From contig OZ242311.1 in assembly GCA_965207885.1 (NCBI GenBank), positions 2,560,001 through 2,624,000 on the forward strand: a stretch of 64,000 bases of DNA, written 5' to 3'. The notes beneath the pieces are model-generated. The model saw only the letters and a program-made list of their open reading frames with translations. It searched no databases and had not been told where the DNA came from. The DNA comes from Candidatus Latescibacterota bacterium (GTDB lineage: Bacteria; Latescibacterota; UBA2968). Positions 50,510 through 59,371 of this stretch are shown here, one piece after another. How positions within the stretch are numbered: position 1 is the first letter of the stretch; each line of letters begins with the position of its first letter. A program made the translations under genes and the position numbers.

Positions 50510-51142
50510 CTATTTAATCTCCAATTTCCAGCGACGGGATACCTTCCGGTAAACCTCAACTCGCCCGCCCTCTCCCCAGCCATGCACATCTTTGTCACCT
50601 TTGTTGATGAGGTATTTAACAAGAGATTTAGGGTCTCCCTTCAGGCGGATGCTTGTGATGCGCGGACACTCCTTCTGGCCGCGCGGAGACTTCTTGTGGA
50701 GTATGATGTCGGGGTTGGTCCCACCAACACGCCGCATCCACCCCCGCGGCAATTCGTACTCCCTGCCTCCAATGACCACGGTGTCATCTACCCTTCTGCC
50801 CTCCAAGGGATCAGTCCACCAATTCCCCTTGACGGTTATCACATTTCCATTAGAACACTCGTACTCCCTGTCTCCAATGGTCACAGAATACAGATCCCGA
50901 GCCGTATCGTTGACTACTAACCATTTCACGAAGGTCATGGAATTGCTAGGAGTCCATGACATTATTATATGAAGGTTAATGGTGCCCTCTGTTCCGTACC
51001 AGGCCGTTGCATAGATCTCCGAATAGCGCAACTGACGGGCTTGGCCGCTATCAGTCCGTAAATAAGGCCGCTCAGTAGCGAGCATTGGCGAGCCAGCAGA
51101 GTACACAAGTACCGACAAAACAGCAAGAATGAACCTATACAT
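50510..51142 (-). CDS. Secreted hypothetical passenger protein
   Basis: RBS GAGGAGG; signal peptide MYRFILAVLSVLVYSA; 210 aa. Confidence 0.7.
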   Translation of the reverse strand: MYRFILAVLSVLVYSAGSPMLATERPYLRTDSGQARQLRYSEIYATAWYGTEGTINLHIIMSWTPSNSMTFVKWLVVNDTARDLYSVTIGDREYECSNGNVITVKGNWWTDPLEGRRVDDTVVIGGREYELPRGWMRRVGGTNPDIILHKKSPRGQKECPRITSIRLKGDPKSLVKYLINKGDKDVHGWGEGGRVEVYRKVSRRWKLEIK

Positions 51143-51224
51143 TTAAACCTCCTCTGTGTGGTGAGTCGCCACATCCACCTGTAACAGAATTGACACAAAG
51201 CAGGTTTTTACTTACTTTGAAATC

Positions 51225-51327
51225 CACTCATTTACGAATCAGGTGGATGCAGCGATAAACTTTCAACGGGTGGTTCGCGTGTCTGCCTTTGCCGGGAGGC
51301 TCCGCCAGAGTCTTCCGGCTCTTTTTT
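51225..51327 (+). ncRNA. Putative cis-antisense sRNA 2
   Basis: Promoter TTGACA(51190)-N17-TACTTT; terminator gccgggaggctc-N5-gagtcttccggc followed by a T-tract. Confidence 0.5.
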
Positions 51328-51372
51328 GTGTATGAATGTGTGTGGAAAAGATTGCGCAAGGATGCCGGGTAG

Positions 51373-51507
51373 TAGTCACACTCACGCAGAGAGATGCGAG
51401 GAGGGCCCTACCTATTCACCGGGGACGGGTAGCTAATCCGCTCCACAATTTGGCTATTCTATTCAGCAGGCTACCCGACCAAGCGGGGCCTCTACTGAGT
51501 GTGACTA
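51373..51507 (-). ncRNA. Structured ncRNA/leader candidate
   Basis: Nested stems tagtcacactca/tgagtgtgacta (12 bp), gaggccc/gggccctc, cgggtagc/gctacccg; just downstream of a near-consensus promoter. Confidence 0.6.
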
Positions 51508-51522
51508 ATCTGAAGCATAAGA

Positions 51523-51551
51523 AATGTACCACTGCAAAAAGCCATTGTCAA
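51523..51551 (-). promoter_or_regulatory. Strong sigma70-like promoter
   Basis: TTGACA-N17-TACATT with an extended -10 TG. Confidence 0.7.
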
Positions 51552-51573
51552 GGATAGAGTGGTTTTTGAAAAC

Positions 51574-51604
51574 AAAAAAGCCGAGATCGTATAGACCTCG
51601 GCTT
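51574..51604 (-). terminator. Rho-independent terminator after the small basic protein
   Basis: aagccgaggtc-tatac-gatctcggc-TTTTTT. Confidence 0.8.
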
Positions 51605-51621
51605 ATTCCTTGCTCTGATAG

Positions 51622-51837
51622 CTACCACCTTGCGGCGGCAGCTTTTTTCGCTATTTCTTTGCGTCGCTTTGGCGAGAGTGCTTTTGCACGGGCACGCCCA
51701 CCTGCGACCCCTCCTTTTCGTTTGCCTGGCTGTTTGTATTTCGTATCTTCTATTTCACCGGTTGCAATACGTGCTACTGTTACAGCACAAGATACGACAT
51801 CGCCAGGGCGCTTTTCTCCGTTTGGTCCCTTTGGCAT
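51622..51837 (-). CDS. Small basic protein (histone-H1-like/putative nucleic-acid binding) associated with IS1-type elements
   Basis: MPKGPNGEKRP.DV...A..VARIATGE...GG.ARAKALSP.RR.EIAKKAAAARW; RBS GGAGG. Confidence 0.8.
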   Translation of the reverse strand: MPKGPNGEKRPGDVVSCAVTVARIATGEIEDTKYKQPGKRKGGVAGGRARAKALSPKRRKEIAKKAAAARW

Positions 51838-52226
51838 AGTCGGTTGCCCTCCTGAATCCTGAATGTATTTCTCTTGTGAACGAACGAAATCTGCGGGTTA
51901 AGTTGAATAATAAAGTACGCACCGTACCCCTGTCAACAGAAAACCGCAAATTTTCAAACTGAGACACTACCCACGGATCGGCTGACTCCTCCCGGGTATT
52001 TTCGCCAGGTCGCAGGATCATCCCGCAATACGCCCTCTCTCTCCAGCCGACGCCAGATCGTTGATTCCATCTCTGCGGCGTCTTCGGGCGTAAAGGCGCG
52101 CACCTTGACGTAGCCTCGGGTGGAGAGCTGCTCAAGGTCTTGTTCATTCAGTGGTCCATCAATCGTCATGGAATTGCCTTTCTACATCGGTGAATAAAAA
52201 AATGAATTCGCCACTGATGTCAATCA

Positions 52227-52323
52227 TGGCAGAGGGTGTGGGGATCGAACCCATATACGGGATATCCCACAGGATACCCGTAGCCCTCGGTTTGGAAGCC
52301 TCGGGGCCAGCACCACTGGCTCA
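52227..52323 (-). tRNA. 5'-truncated tRNA-Sec/allo-tRNA-like remnant
   Basis: D-arm gccag-tggtg-ctggc, loop CT-TCC-AA, long variable stem tacgggtatcc/ggatatcccgta, T-loop TTCGATC, 3' caccctct-GCCA; 5' acceptor strand absent. Confidence 0.65.
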
Positions 52324-52402
52324 ATAATACGACGATGTCATAAAATGGAATGTTTCGGATGGGATAGGGGAGACTACACCTTATTGGTCTCGAAGCGCTT
52401 GC

Positions 52403-52426
52403 GTCTAACGATGGGGGTGGTTGATG
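52403..52426 (-). repeat. Collapsed attC (24 bp)
   Basis: CATCAAC-cacccccatc-GTTAGAC 11 nt after the methyltransferase stop. Confidence 0.65.
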
Positions 52427-52437
52427 TGGCAGGGCTT

Positions 52438-53199
52438 TTATTCAGGCTTACGACAGGAAAAAACGACGATATCATGCTCCGATGGTTCGGTATCCCCGTA
52501 AGCTTTCGTCGTCTGTATATCCATAAATCCTGCAGTACGCAGCATTTCTTCAAATTCAACTATGTCATAAAACCGCTCATTATAGTCGAACAGTTCCGTC
52601 GTAGTGAGCTCTCCATTCACATACACTTCATATTTGGTCAGGTTGCGAATAACAAGTCCACCGTCTCTTTCAGACCATAATGAAGTAATCCAAACAGTCG
52701 AACCATCAAGCCGGTCTTCGATTTCAATTTCCGTTTCGCCTGATTTTCCAAACTCACCTTCTTCAGGTGGCGTCTTGAGGTCCAGAACAAACCATCCACC
52801 GGGCAAGAGATAGTCCCAGAGTTTCTGAAGCGATTTCTGAGCAGCTTCCCGTTCATAGAGATGACCAAATGAACGGTCCGGGATGAAAATGAATCCATAT
52901 TGTCGCGACAGGTTGATCTCTTCAATCAACTGTTGATGCAGCGAGGGATCTAAGCCCTTCTCTGCGCATTTCTTACGACATTCAGCCAGCATATATGGTG
53001 AAGCATCTACCCCATCAATATCCGCTCCTGCTTCCAGAAAGGGGATTAGAAAATATCCTGTTCCACACATCGGTTCAAGGACCGGGCCTGGTCTTCCAGC
53101 TTTCTTCCACTTGTTCAGGTAGAACGGAAGCATATCGCCGCGTCTTCCTTCCAGGTCGTAGCTTTGAGAGTAGATTCTTCCGTAAAAGGACTGCTTCAA
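52438..53199 (-). CDS. Class I SAM-dependent methyltransferase (cassette-like)
   Basis: VLEPMCGTG, GVDAS..ML, LLPGG; TTG start at 53199 after GAGGAG. Confidence 0.88.
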   Translation of the reverse strand: MKQSFYGRIYSQSYDLEGRRGDMLPFYLNKWKKAGRPGPVLEPMCGTGYFLIPFLEAGADIDGVDASPYMLAECRKKCAEKGLDPSLHQQLIEEINLSRQYGFIFIPDRSFGHLYEREAAQKSLQKLWDYLLPGGWFVLDLKTPPEEGEFGKSGETEIEIEDRLDGSTVWITSLWSERDGGLVIRNLTKYEVYVNGELTTTELFDYNERFYDIVEFEEMLRTAGFMDIQTTKAYGDTEPSEHDIVVFSCRKPE

Positions 53200-53210
53200 G
53201 TTTGGGGTCT

Positions 53211-53230
53211 CCTCAACACATCGGTTCAGT
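53211..53230 (-). repeat. attC right-arm remnant (actgaaccgatgt GTTGAGG)
   Basis: L'-like CTGAACC plus R'; repeated at 61442-61461. Confidence 0.6.
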
Positions 53231-53237
53231 GAAATAT

Positions 53238-54431
53238 TTAATGGATGTGTCTGATCCTGGGATCTCTGAAGTTCACGGACGACCACCACAGTCCCAGAGC
53301 TATTCCACCCTTTCGGTATGAGTTGTCCGTTACTTGATTAACCAGCTTTCCGTCGATGTAACTCGTCAACGACTGCGCGCGTGCTGCGATCAGAATATTG
53401 TACTCGCGACCCTTTTCAAAAGGGAAGTTGACAACACTCAGCTTGTCCACTTCTCCAGCACCAGGTTCCATTTTGCTGATGGCGATGGCCTGCCAACCAT
53501 AGAGGAAATTGAGCATGTAGTAGGCTTGTCCTTCCTCTGAAACGCGGAAGTGTATTTGCACATCCGGTCCTTCAATTAGCGTGCATAGAGCTGAGATTTC
53601 GTAGTCGCGCCAATTCGCATCTCCCTGGACAATTCGGCTTGTCTTCTCGGCTGGCACTTTCCCCATGACTGCATTGCCGTTGCGAGTCCACGATATCCCT
53701 CGCTCTGCTGGCGTGGAATTGGCCAACGGCACATCGGTCTCGCACCAACCTTCTAACCCATCACCCCGCAGGAGCGGTTCCCATGTAATATCGCCTTCCA
53801 TTCCCCCTAACCCCGATCGGCCGAAATCATCTTCTGGCCCTGAGGCGTTGAAATTTTTTGTTTTCATTTGGATCATTTCTCCTTTCAGTTTTCTTCGTGC
53901 CCGATTGAGCCGACTCTTGACGGTTCCCAGAGGAACGCCTAACGTATTTGAAACGCTCTGCTGATCAAGACCGACAAAATAGTGGAGAACCACCGTGATC
54001 TTGTCGTCCGTTGGGAGTTTGTTTATCGCAAACCACAGGTGATTCAACCGATTAAACTCGTCCAACTGTTCGGCAGGTGTACTCACCAGATCCCGTTCTC
54101 TGAGCCAGTTCTCGTCTATGCGATGCCGCTTCCTCTTGTCCAATACATCAAGTGCTGTATTGCGGGCAATTTGACTGATCCAGGGGGCAAACTTCCTACC
54201 GTTCTTCAGGCTATACAATCGGCTGTACGCAGAAACGAACGTGTCTTGCACCACATCGTCGGCGTCTTCTCTCCGTCCCGTAATGGCCCAGCCAATTCCG
54301 TAAATAAGACGGATATAACGGCCAGAAAGGATGTTGAATGCACCCATATCGCCGGACCCTGCTCGTTGCACCAGCAGGTCGTCAGTGGCATCGTTGAGGT
54401 CAGTGTGGGATGTAGGTAATGACCGCGGCAT
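53238..54431 (-). CDS. ECF sigma factor with a C-terminal DUF1080-like domain
   Basis: DADDVVQDTF, FAPWISQIARN, LGVPLGTVKSRL.RAR; C-term WEPLL.GDGLEGW...WRDYE...GGIALG..FRD.RI. Confidence 0.85.
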   Translation of the reverse strand: MPRSLPTSHTDLNDATDDLLVQRAGSGDMGAFNILSGRYIRLIYGIGWAITGRREDADDVVQDTFVSAYSRLYSLKNGRKFAPWISQIARNTALDVLDKRKRHRIDENWLRERDLVSTPAEQLDEFNRLNHLWFAINKLPTDDKITVVLHYFVGLDQQSVSNTLGVPLGTVKSRLNRARRKLKGEMIQMKTKNFNASGPEDDFGRSGLGGMEGDITWEPLLRGDGLEGWCETDVPLANSTPAERGISWTRNGNAVMGKVPAEKTSRIVQGDANWRDYEISALCTLIEGPDVQIHFRVSEEGQAYYMLNFLYGWQAIAISKMEPGAGEVDKLSVVNFPFEKGREYNILIAARAQSLTSYIDGKLVNQVTDNSYRKGGIALGLWWSSVNFRDPRIRHIH

Positions 54432-54439
54432 TTGCCTAA

Positions 54440-54466
54440 TAGACCGAAAAAGCTGCCAAAGGTTCA
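54440..54466 (-). promoter_or_regulatory. ECF-type (sigmaE-like) promoter upstream of the sigma gene
   Basis: TGAACC-N16-GTCTA, 8 nt before ATG. Confidence 0.6.
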
Positions 54467-54530
54467 CAGAATTTTGAGCTTAAAAAAATAAACACAAAAA
54501 GCAACTTTTATGACTCGGCTATGATCGTCG

Positions 54531-54576
54531 GATCAACGCCTGGGGGATATGCCAATGCCGCACCGTGCTGTCAGCC
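54531..54576 (-). repeat. Collapsed/degenerate attC-like site
   Basis: GGCTGAC agcacggtg...GTTGATC; left arm matches 37840-37855 and 37227-37241. Confidence 0.6.
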
Positions 54577-54606
54577 GCTGGTGCCTGTCGATCTCCCCAA
54601 TCATTT

Positions 54607-55743
54607 CTATGTCGTGTCGATCCACCAGTGATACACGTTCGTCAAGTGCTGTTCATACGCATGCGACGCCTGTAGCAGCAGCCGATTCCGCTTGTGTGGA
54701 TTTAGCGATCCGACCACGATGCTGTTCGAATATGCTGCGATTCCCTCCTCGCGCATCCTCAAGTAGATGCCGTCATCCCAAGCAAGGCCATCTCGTGAAG
54801 CATACAGAACAAAGTGACCTTTTTCCTCTTTCTTACCCTGCAAGAATGCACTGCGTCCGTGCATGAAATAACTGCCGTTTAGCACGGCCATCTGAGGATT
54901 TCGGATTCTCTTCTGGAAGTGCGCGATCTTCGGGTCGGACCAGGTGTGGCCGCAGTCGTCGCTAACCACATAGTCCATCGTGTGCTCAGCCTTGCTGTTG
55001 TATATGTACACAATGATGCTTCCGTTATCGCGTATCCCCATGGTTCCGTACGATTTCCCGATGGTGTCGAAGGGAAGCTCGCTGCGCTTCACGAACGTCC
55101 GGCCACCGTCTCGGCTCACGTGCAACTCGTACACATGCTCGGGCTTGTTGCCCAGGAAATTGATCTCGTTGTCGTTCTTGAAGTGCAACACGAGTATCTC
55201 TCTGTTGTGATACTTTGCATCGTAGAGCCTGCCCCGACTGTCGCACAGTGCAGACGGCTCACGCCATGTGTGCCCTCCATCCGGACTGCTGATGTATGTC
55301 GGCACCTGAAATTGCCTCCAAATGACATTGGTCGTGATATCACATACAAGGAAAAAGAGGACGATTTCACCCTTGTCCGTCCGAACTGCCTTCTCGGCGA
55401 AGGCGGACAGTTTCTTGCTGGTCTTCCCGCTCTGCCCGGTGTCGAACAGGTTCTTCGAATAGGCAACCACGTTCCGGTCGCTCCATGTTTCGCCGCTGTC
55501 TTCCGAACGCTTGTATTCCATCCAGCCCCTGGCCGAGTGGCCCCTGTTAGGCTTCTCCGGGTTGTGGCGTTCGGCGGAGCAGTTCGGATAGAAGGCGAGG
55601 ATCTTCCCGTCTTCATACTCCACCAGTGCGTGCCCGAGATTTCCACCTCTTCTTGCCGGGGCGTGATCGACGAAGAGAATCCCATCATTCGGTGGGTTTT
55701 TTGGGGTGATCTCATAATCTGCTTTGTTTGGATGCGCGTCCAT
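54607..55743 (-). CDS. BNR/Asp-box sialidase-like protein
   Basis: Multiple Asp boxes (SEDSGETW, SPDGGHTW, SRDGGRTF, SDDCGHTW). Confidence 0.85.
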   Translation of the reverse strand: MDAHPNKADYEITPKNPPNDGILFVDHAPARRGGNLGHALVEYEDGKILAFYPNCSAERHNPEKPNRGHSARGWMEYKRSEDSGETWSDRNVVAYSKNLFDTGQSGKTSKKLSAFAEKAVRTDKGEIVLFFLVCDITTNVIWRQFQVPTYISSPDGGHTWREPSALCDSRGRLYDAKYHNREILVLHFKNDNEINFLGNKPEHVYELHVSRDGGRTFVKRSELPFDTIGKSYGTMGIRDNGSIIVYIYNSKAEHTMDYVVSDDCGHTWSDPKIAHFQKRIRNPQMAVLNGSYFMHGRSAFLQGKKEEKGHFVLYASRDGLAWDDGIYLRMREEGIAAYSNSIVVGSLNPHKRNRLLLQASHAYEQHLTNVYHWWIDTT

Positions 55744-55763
55744 AAGTGTCTTCCTGGATGAAT

Positions 55764-57212
55764 TTAAATGCCTTTGTAGATATTGGAGGAGTACATTTCG
55801 AAGCCTTCGGGGCCGGGGTAGCCGTCGAAGAGGTTGCATTCGGGTACATTGCCGGGCGCGCCATTTTTGAGCCAGTTGATGAAGGTGGGGTCGGCATTGC
55901 GGTGTTTGAGTTCGGCGAGGCCCGACGCGTGAAGGTCTTGAACGCGATCGGGGTTTTCAGAAGCGATATTGTCCAGAGAGCCGTAGGGGGTGAGGATGCT
56001 GTCTTCGGGGTTGGGGTGCCATTCGAGATAGCCTTCCTGGTCGAAGACGGTAAAGTACCCGCGTTGAAGATGTCGCATCGCTTTGCCGCGCGCCACGCCT
56101 GATAGGGCGATTTCGCGGTTGCCCAGGCTGTTTTCACGCGCAGCTTTGAGGATGTCATAACTTTCGATATTATCGGGTATAGGCGCGCCTGATAGGTTGG
56201 CGATGGTGGCGAAGAAATCTTGTGGTTGAAAGATGGCAGAACTGCGACCTGTGTCGCCTTCGGGGGTTTTGATGAAAAGTGGGATGTGGATTTCTTGTTC
56301 GCGAACAGGTGCGCCTTTGCCGAATCTGCCGCGTTCACCGACGTTGGTGCCGTGATCGCCTGCGACGAGGATGGCGGTGTTTTTATCCAGGCCTGTGGCT
56401 TCAAGGGCTTCGAGAAAGCGGCCAAAGCAGTGGTCCATCCAGGTGACTTTGGCTGCGTAACTGGCTTTGATGCGTGCCCTGGCTGCGTCGGGTAAGTTGG
56501 GATTGCTGCGGGCTTGCGTTCCTCCTTTAAATATGCGAGGATCGAGCCGACCGTCATAGCCGGGCGTTTTGTCGTATTTGAGCATGAATTCGGGGGGTAC
56601 ATCCCAGGGTTCGTGAGGGTCGAAACAGTCGGTCCAGAGGAAGAAATTTCCCCGGTTTTTATTGTCGCGGAGAAACTCGGCGGCGGTGTTGAAGAGTCTG
56701 GCGCAGTTCCAGTCGTCTAAGTTTTCGCGACCTCTGTTGGTGCGGGCATATTGAATGGTTGGTATTGGGAGTTCGTCTTCGAGGATGTCAAAGAGCGGAT
56801 CTTTTGCCCAGTTGCTGGGCCATTTGGCTTCGTCATTTATCCAGGCGCGGTCAACTTCGGCACCGCGGATGAAGGTCCAGGTGTGAAAGGGATAATCGAA
56901 GGCGTGCCCCCCGTTGACGAGGTGGGGGGTGTCGTGCAGGAGTTGCGTCGCGTAGCCTGCTTCGCCGAGGATATACGGCAGTGCGTTGGTGTTGAAGGGC
57001 AGTGGTTTCCAGGCGTGAAAGGGACTGCCGTATTTGCCGGTCATGACGTCGGTGCGATAGGGGATGGTGGGAAAGCTCGCTGCGAAGGCACGGTCGAAAC
57101 ACCAGGATTGTGAGGCTAAGCGATCGAGGTTGGGGGTTTCGATCCAGTCATTGCCGTTGGCACCGATATAGTCGTAGCGCATGGTGTCGATGATTAAGAG
57201 AATGATGTTCAT
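55764..57212 (-). CDS. Sulfatase-like hydrolase (Thr at the nucleophile position)
   Basis: NIILLIIDT.R, TPNLDRLA, FPTIPYRTDVMTG, FDPHEPW, GDHG. Confidence 0.82.
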   Translation of the reverse strand: MNIILLIIDTMRYDYIGANGNDWIETPNLDRLASQSWCFDRAFAASFPTIPYRTDVMTGKYGSPFHAWKPLPFNTNALPYILGEAGYATQLLHDTPHLVNGGHAFDYPFHTWTFIRGAEVDRAWINDEAKWPSNWAKDPLFDILEDELPIPTIQYARTNRGRENLDDWNCARLFNTAAEFLRDNKNRGNFFLWTDCFDPHEPWDVPPEFMLKYDKTPGYDGRLDPRIFKGGTQARSNPNLPDAARARIKASYAAKVTWMDHCFGRFLEALEATGLDKNTAILVAGDHGTNVGERGRFGKGAPVREQEIHIPLFIKTPEGDTGRSSAIFQPQDFFATIANLSGAPIPDNIESYDILKAARENSLGNREIALSGVARGKAMRHLQRGYFTVFDQEGYLEWHPNPEDSILTPYGSLDNIASENPDRVQDLHASGLAELKHRNADPTFINWLKNGAPGNVPECNLFDGYPGPEGFEMYSSNIYKGI

Positions 57213-57395
57213 TGTAAATCTCCGAAGACGGATGGACGAATTAAGACCCTTGAAATCGCAATAAGCTATAGACCCATTTGTCCCGACACAATAGGAATAC
57301 ATACTGATCGGGCTGCCATTTCTTCATTGCTTTCTCTCGCGGATTTGTTCATATAAACAAGCCGTTATTATCTTTTTAAAACAGGAGGTTATCAG

Positions 57396-58376
57396 ATGTC
57401 CAAGCCGCTTTATCAACTGGACTGGCAGCGTTGGGAGCAGCCGGTTCTGTCGGGGATGACCACAAACCAGGACTGGTGCCGGGTGACGTTGTACAGCCCG
57501 ACTGTTCTCCGTATGGGCGATACGTACAAAATGTGGTACCTGGGCAACCGAACGGCCACGCGTACGAGCGATATGGATCTGGGGTATGCCGAGTCCCCGG
57601 ATGGGCTGACCTGGACGCCACATCCGGACAATCCGATCCTCAGCGGCGGGTTGCCGTGGGGCCGTGCGTGGCAAACGCCGCACGTGATTTTCGACAGCGA
57701 TGAGAATCTTTACAAGATGTGGTTCGTGATGGCTGACAGCCGTCCGGGTGAGGGGGGTAGGGCGATCGTTCTGGGACAGAAGCTGGGGTATGCGACCAGT
57801 TTCGACGGTCTGGCATGGGAGGCCTACTCCAAGTCGATCTATCCGAGCGGGCGGGGGCCGTGCGTGTTGAAGGAGGGACCAAATGCCTACCGCATGTGGA
57901 TGTGTTCATCCCCCAGTCCGGACGGAGAATTTGGAGATCTGGTCGGGAATATCTACCACTTCGAATCGACCGACGGCATCGCCTGGACGCGGGATCCCGA
58001 ACCGATGATCCGGGCCACGGAAACGCACCGGAGCGTGGTCTATCCGAGCGTTTTGCGGGATGGGCAGGGATATACGATGTGGTACGGATGCCATGTGGAG
58101 GGAGGAATCTTTGAGATTTTCTGTTCAACGTCGGAGGACGGACTGAATTGGACGCACCACCTGAAGGAGTCTTCGTTTCCCGCAACACGCGATCCGAACG
58201 ATTTCGACGGACGATACACATCTACGCCATGCGTACTGGACGACGGTGACCGCTACCTGATGTACTATTCCGCCCGAGACTGGGGAAACCTCTACCGGGC
58301 TGGGGACGGGACGATTAAGACCGACGGCGCGGGTATTTATCGCCACATCGGAGTGGCCGTATGTCCGAAGGAATAA
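57396..58376 (+). CDS. Five-bladed beta-propeller glycoside hydrolase-like protein (GH43/GH130-like)
   Basis: Repeated P.V...YxMWY and GYAxS.DGxxW units. Confidence 0.7.
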   Translation: MSKPLYQLDWQRWEQPVLSGMTTNQDWCRVTLYSPTVLRMGDTYKMWYLGNRTATRTSDMDLGYAESPDGLTWTPHPDNPILSGGLPWGRAWQTPHVIFDSDENLYKMWFVMADSRPGEGGRAIVLGQKLGYATSFDGLAWEAYSKSIYPSGRGPCVLKEGPNAYRMWMCSSPSPDGEFGDLVGNIYHFESTDGIAWTRDPEPMIRATETHRSVVYPSVLRDGQGYTMWYGCHVEGGIFEIFCSTSEDGLNWTHHLKESSFPATRDPNDFDGRYTSTPCVLDDGDRYLMYYSARDWGNLYRAGDGTIKTDGAGIYRHIGVAVCPKE

Positions 58377-59371
58377 ACCGATTTATTCGAAGATAGCCAA
58401 TCTAACTACCCCACCAAAACGAGTCAAGTCCACTCAGACTTTAACGTTGCTCCGACGACTTTATTCGCTTCACGACGGGAGCTCTCTTCCTTGGAGGATA
58501 ATCTGGGTGCAACCCGGCCATTCGCGGCGTCTGGGGACGGATCGGTCCCCAGTTGATCGCATAGGGGTGATCCTTACAGAGTTGCTCGATCTTTTCCCAG
58601 GCGGCGAGTACGTTCGCCTCTTCCCTTTTGTCTCCGTTCCAATACCGGGTCATTCCAGCGCGAATGTCGATCATGTGGCGGGTGTGATCCAGGCCTATGC
58701 GGACGAAATCGATCCGCGCCCCGAATCGCTCCGGTTCGTCCGTAACCTTGCGTGACGCCTGGTCGAGTAGCGCGTAAGCGCGGTCGAAGAACGCCTTGTC
58801 ATAGACATCCGGGTATGCTCGTTCACTTGCCCAAAAGATGCTGCGCGTCTCCTCCATCAGATTCCAATAGGCCTCGAGTTCCGTGGCTGCTGGGCCGAAT
58901 GCACGTTGATAGTAATTCTGTAGAATCGCCTGCCCATCCTGCGACGGATCCCACAAGAGATGCGCCATGAGATAGTATTGTGGCCCGTGCGTTGCCCAGT
59001 GTTCCCATACCATATCGACAAAGATGCCCATCGCTTTTTCACCGATCAGTTTGAAGTCCTCAATTGCTTGTATGAGAGCCACATCCGGCTGCCCCTGAGG
59101 CCAGCCTGCGGGGTCACCGACATTGGGTCGCCACATCATGTGCTTCGCGACCTTCGACCACGCGATGTATTGCTCTTTGTGTGTGGAACCCCTGGTCGAA
59201 CCACGGTCGATCAGGCCGTCTCGGTTGAGGAAATTCGCCACGCTTGCCACAATGACATTCTCTGCCGGAACTTCGCGAATCGGAGCAGGCCGGGAATGCC
59301 CGTAGGCCAGCATCATGACATAGTAGTCTCGATCCGGATAGCGCTGCTTGAGTAGCCGCGCACATGTGTTA

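Larger units (their letters stand above)
49206..51971 (-). mobile_element. IS1-family element with passenger genes (2766 bp)
   Basis: 29-bp TIRs with 1 mismatch (ggtagtgtctcagtttgaaa.tttgcggt; 49206-49234, 51943-51971); 8-bp TSD cacggatc at 49198-49205 and 51972-51979. Confidence 0.95.
48604..52169 (-). pseudogene. PhyH dioxygenase interrupted by the IS1-family element
   Basis: Removing 49206-51971 plus one 8-bp TSD restores an in-frame 263-aa ORF (...GGVSRS|VRNSRIF...; WHWH, GGTVLVEGSH). Confidence 0.9.

Noticed and set aside
51373-51507. Retron msr-msd, 6S RNA or hammerhead identity for the structured RNA
   Set aside because: No RT nearby, no hammerhead core, and no recognisable 6S conservation; left unassigned
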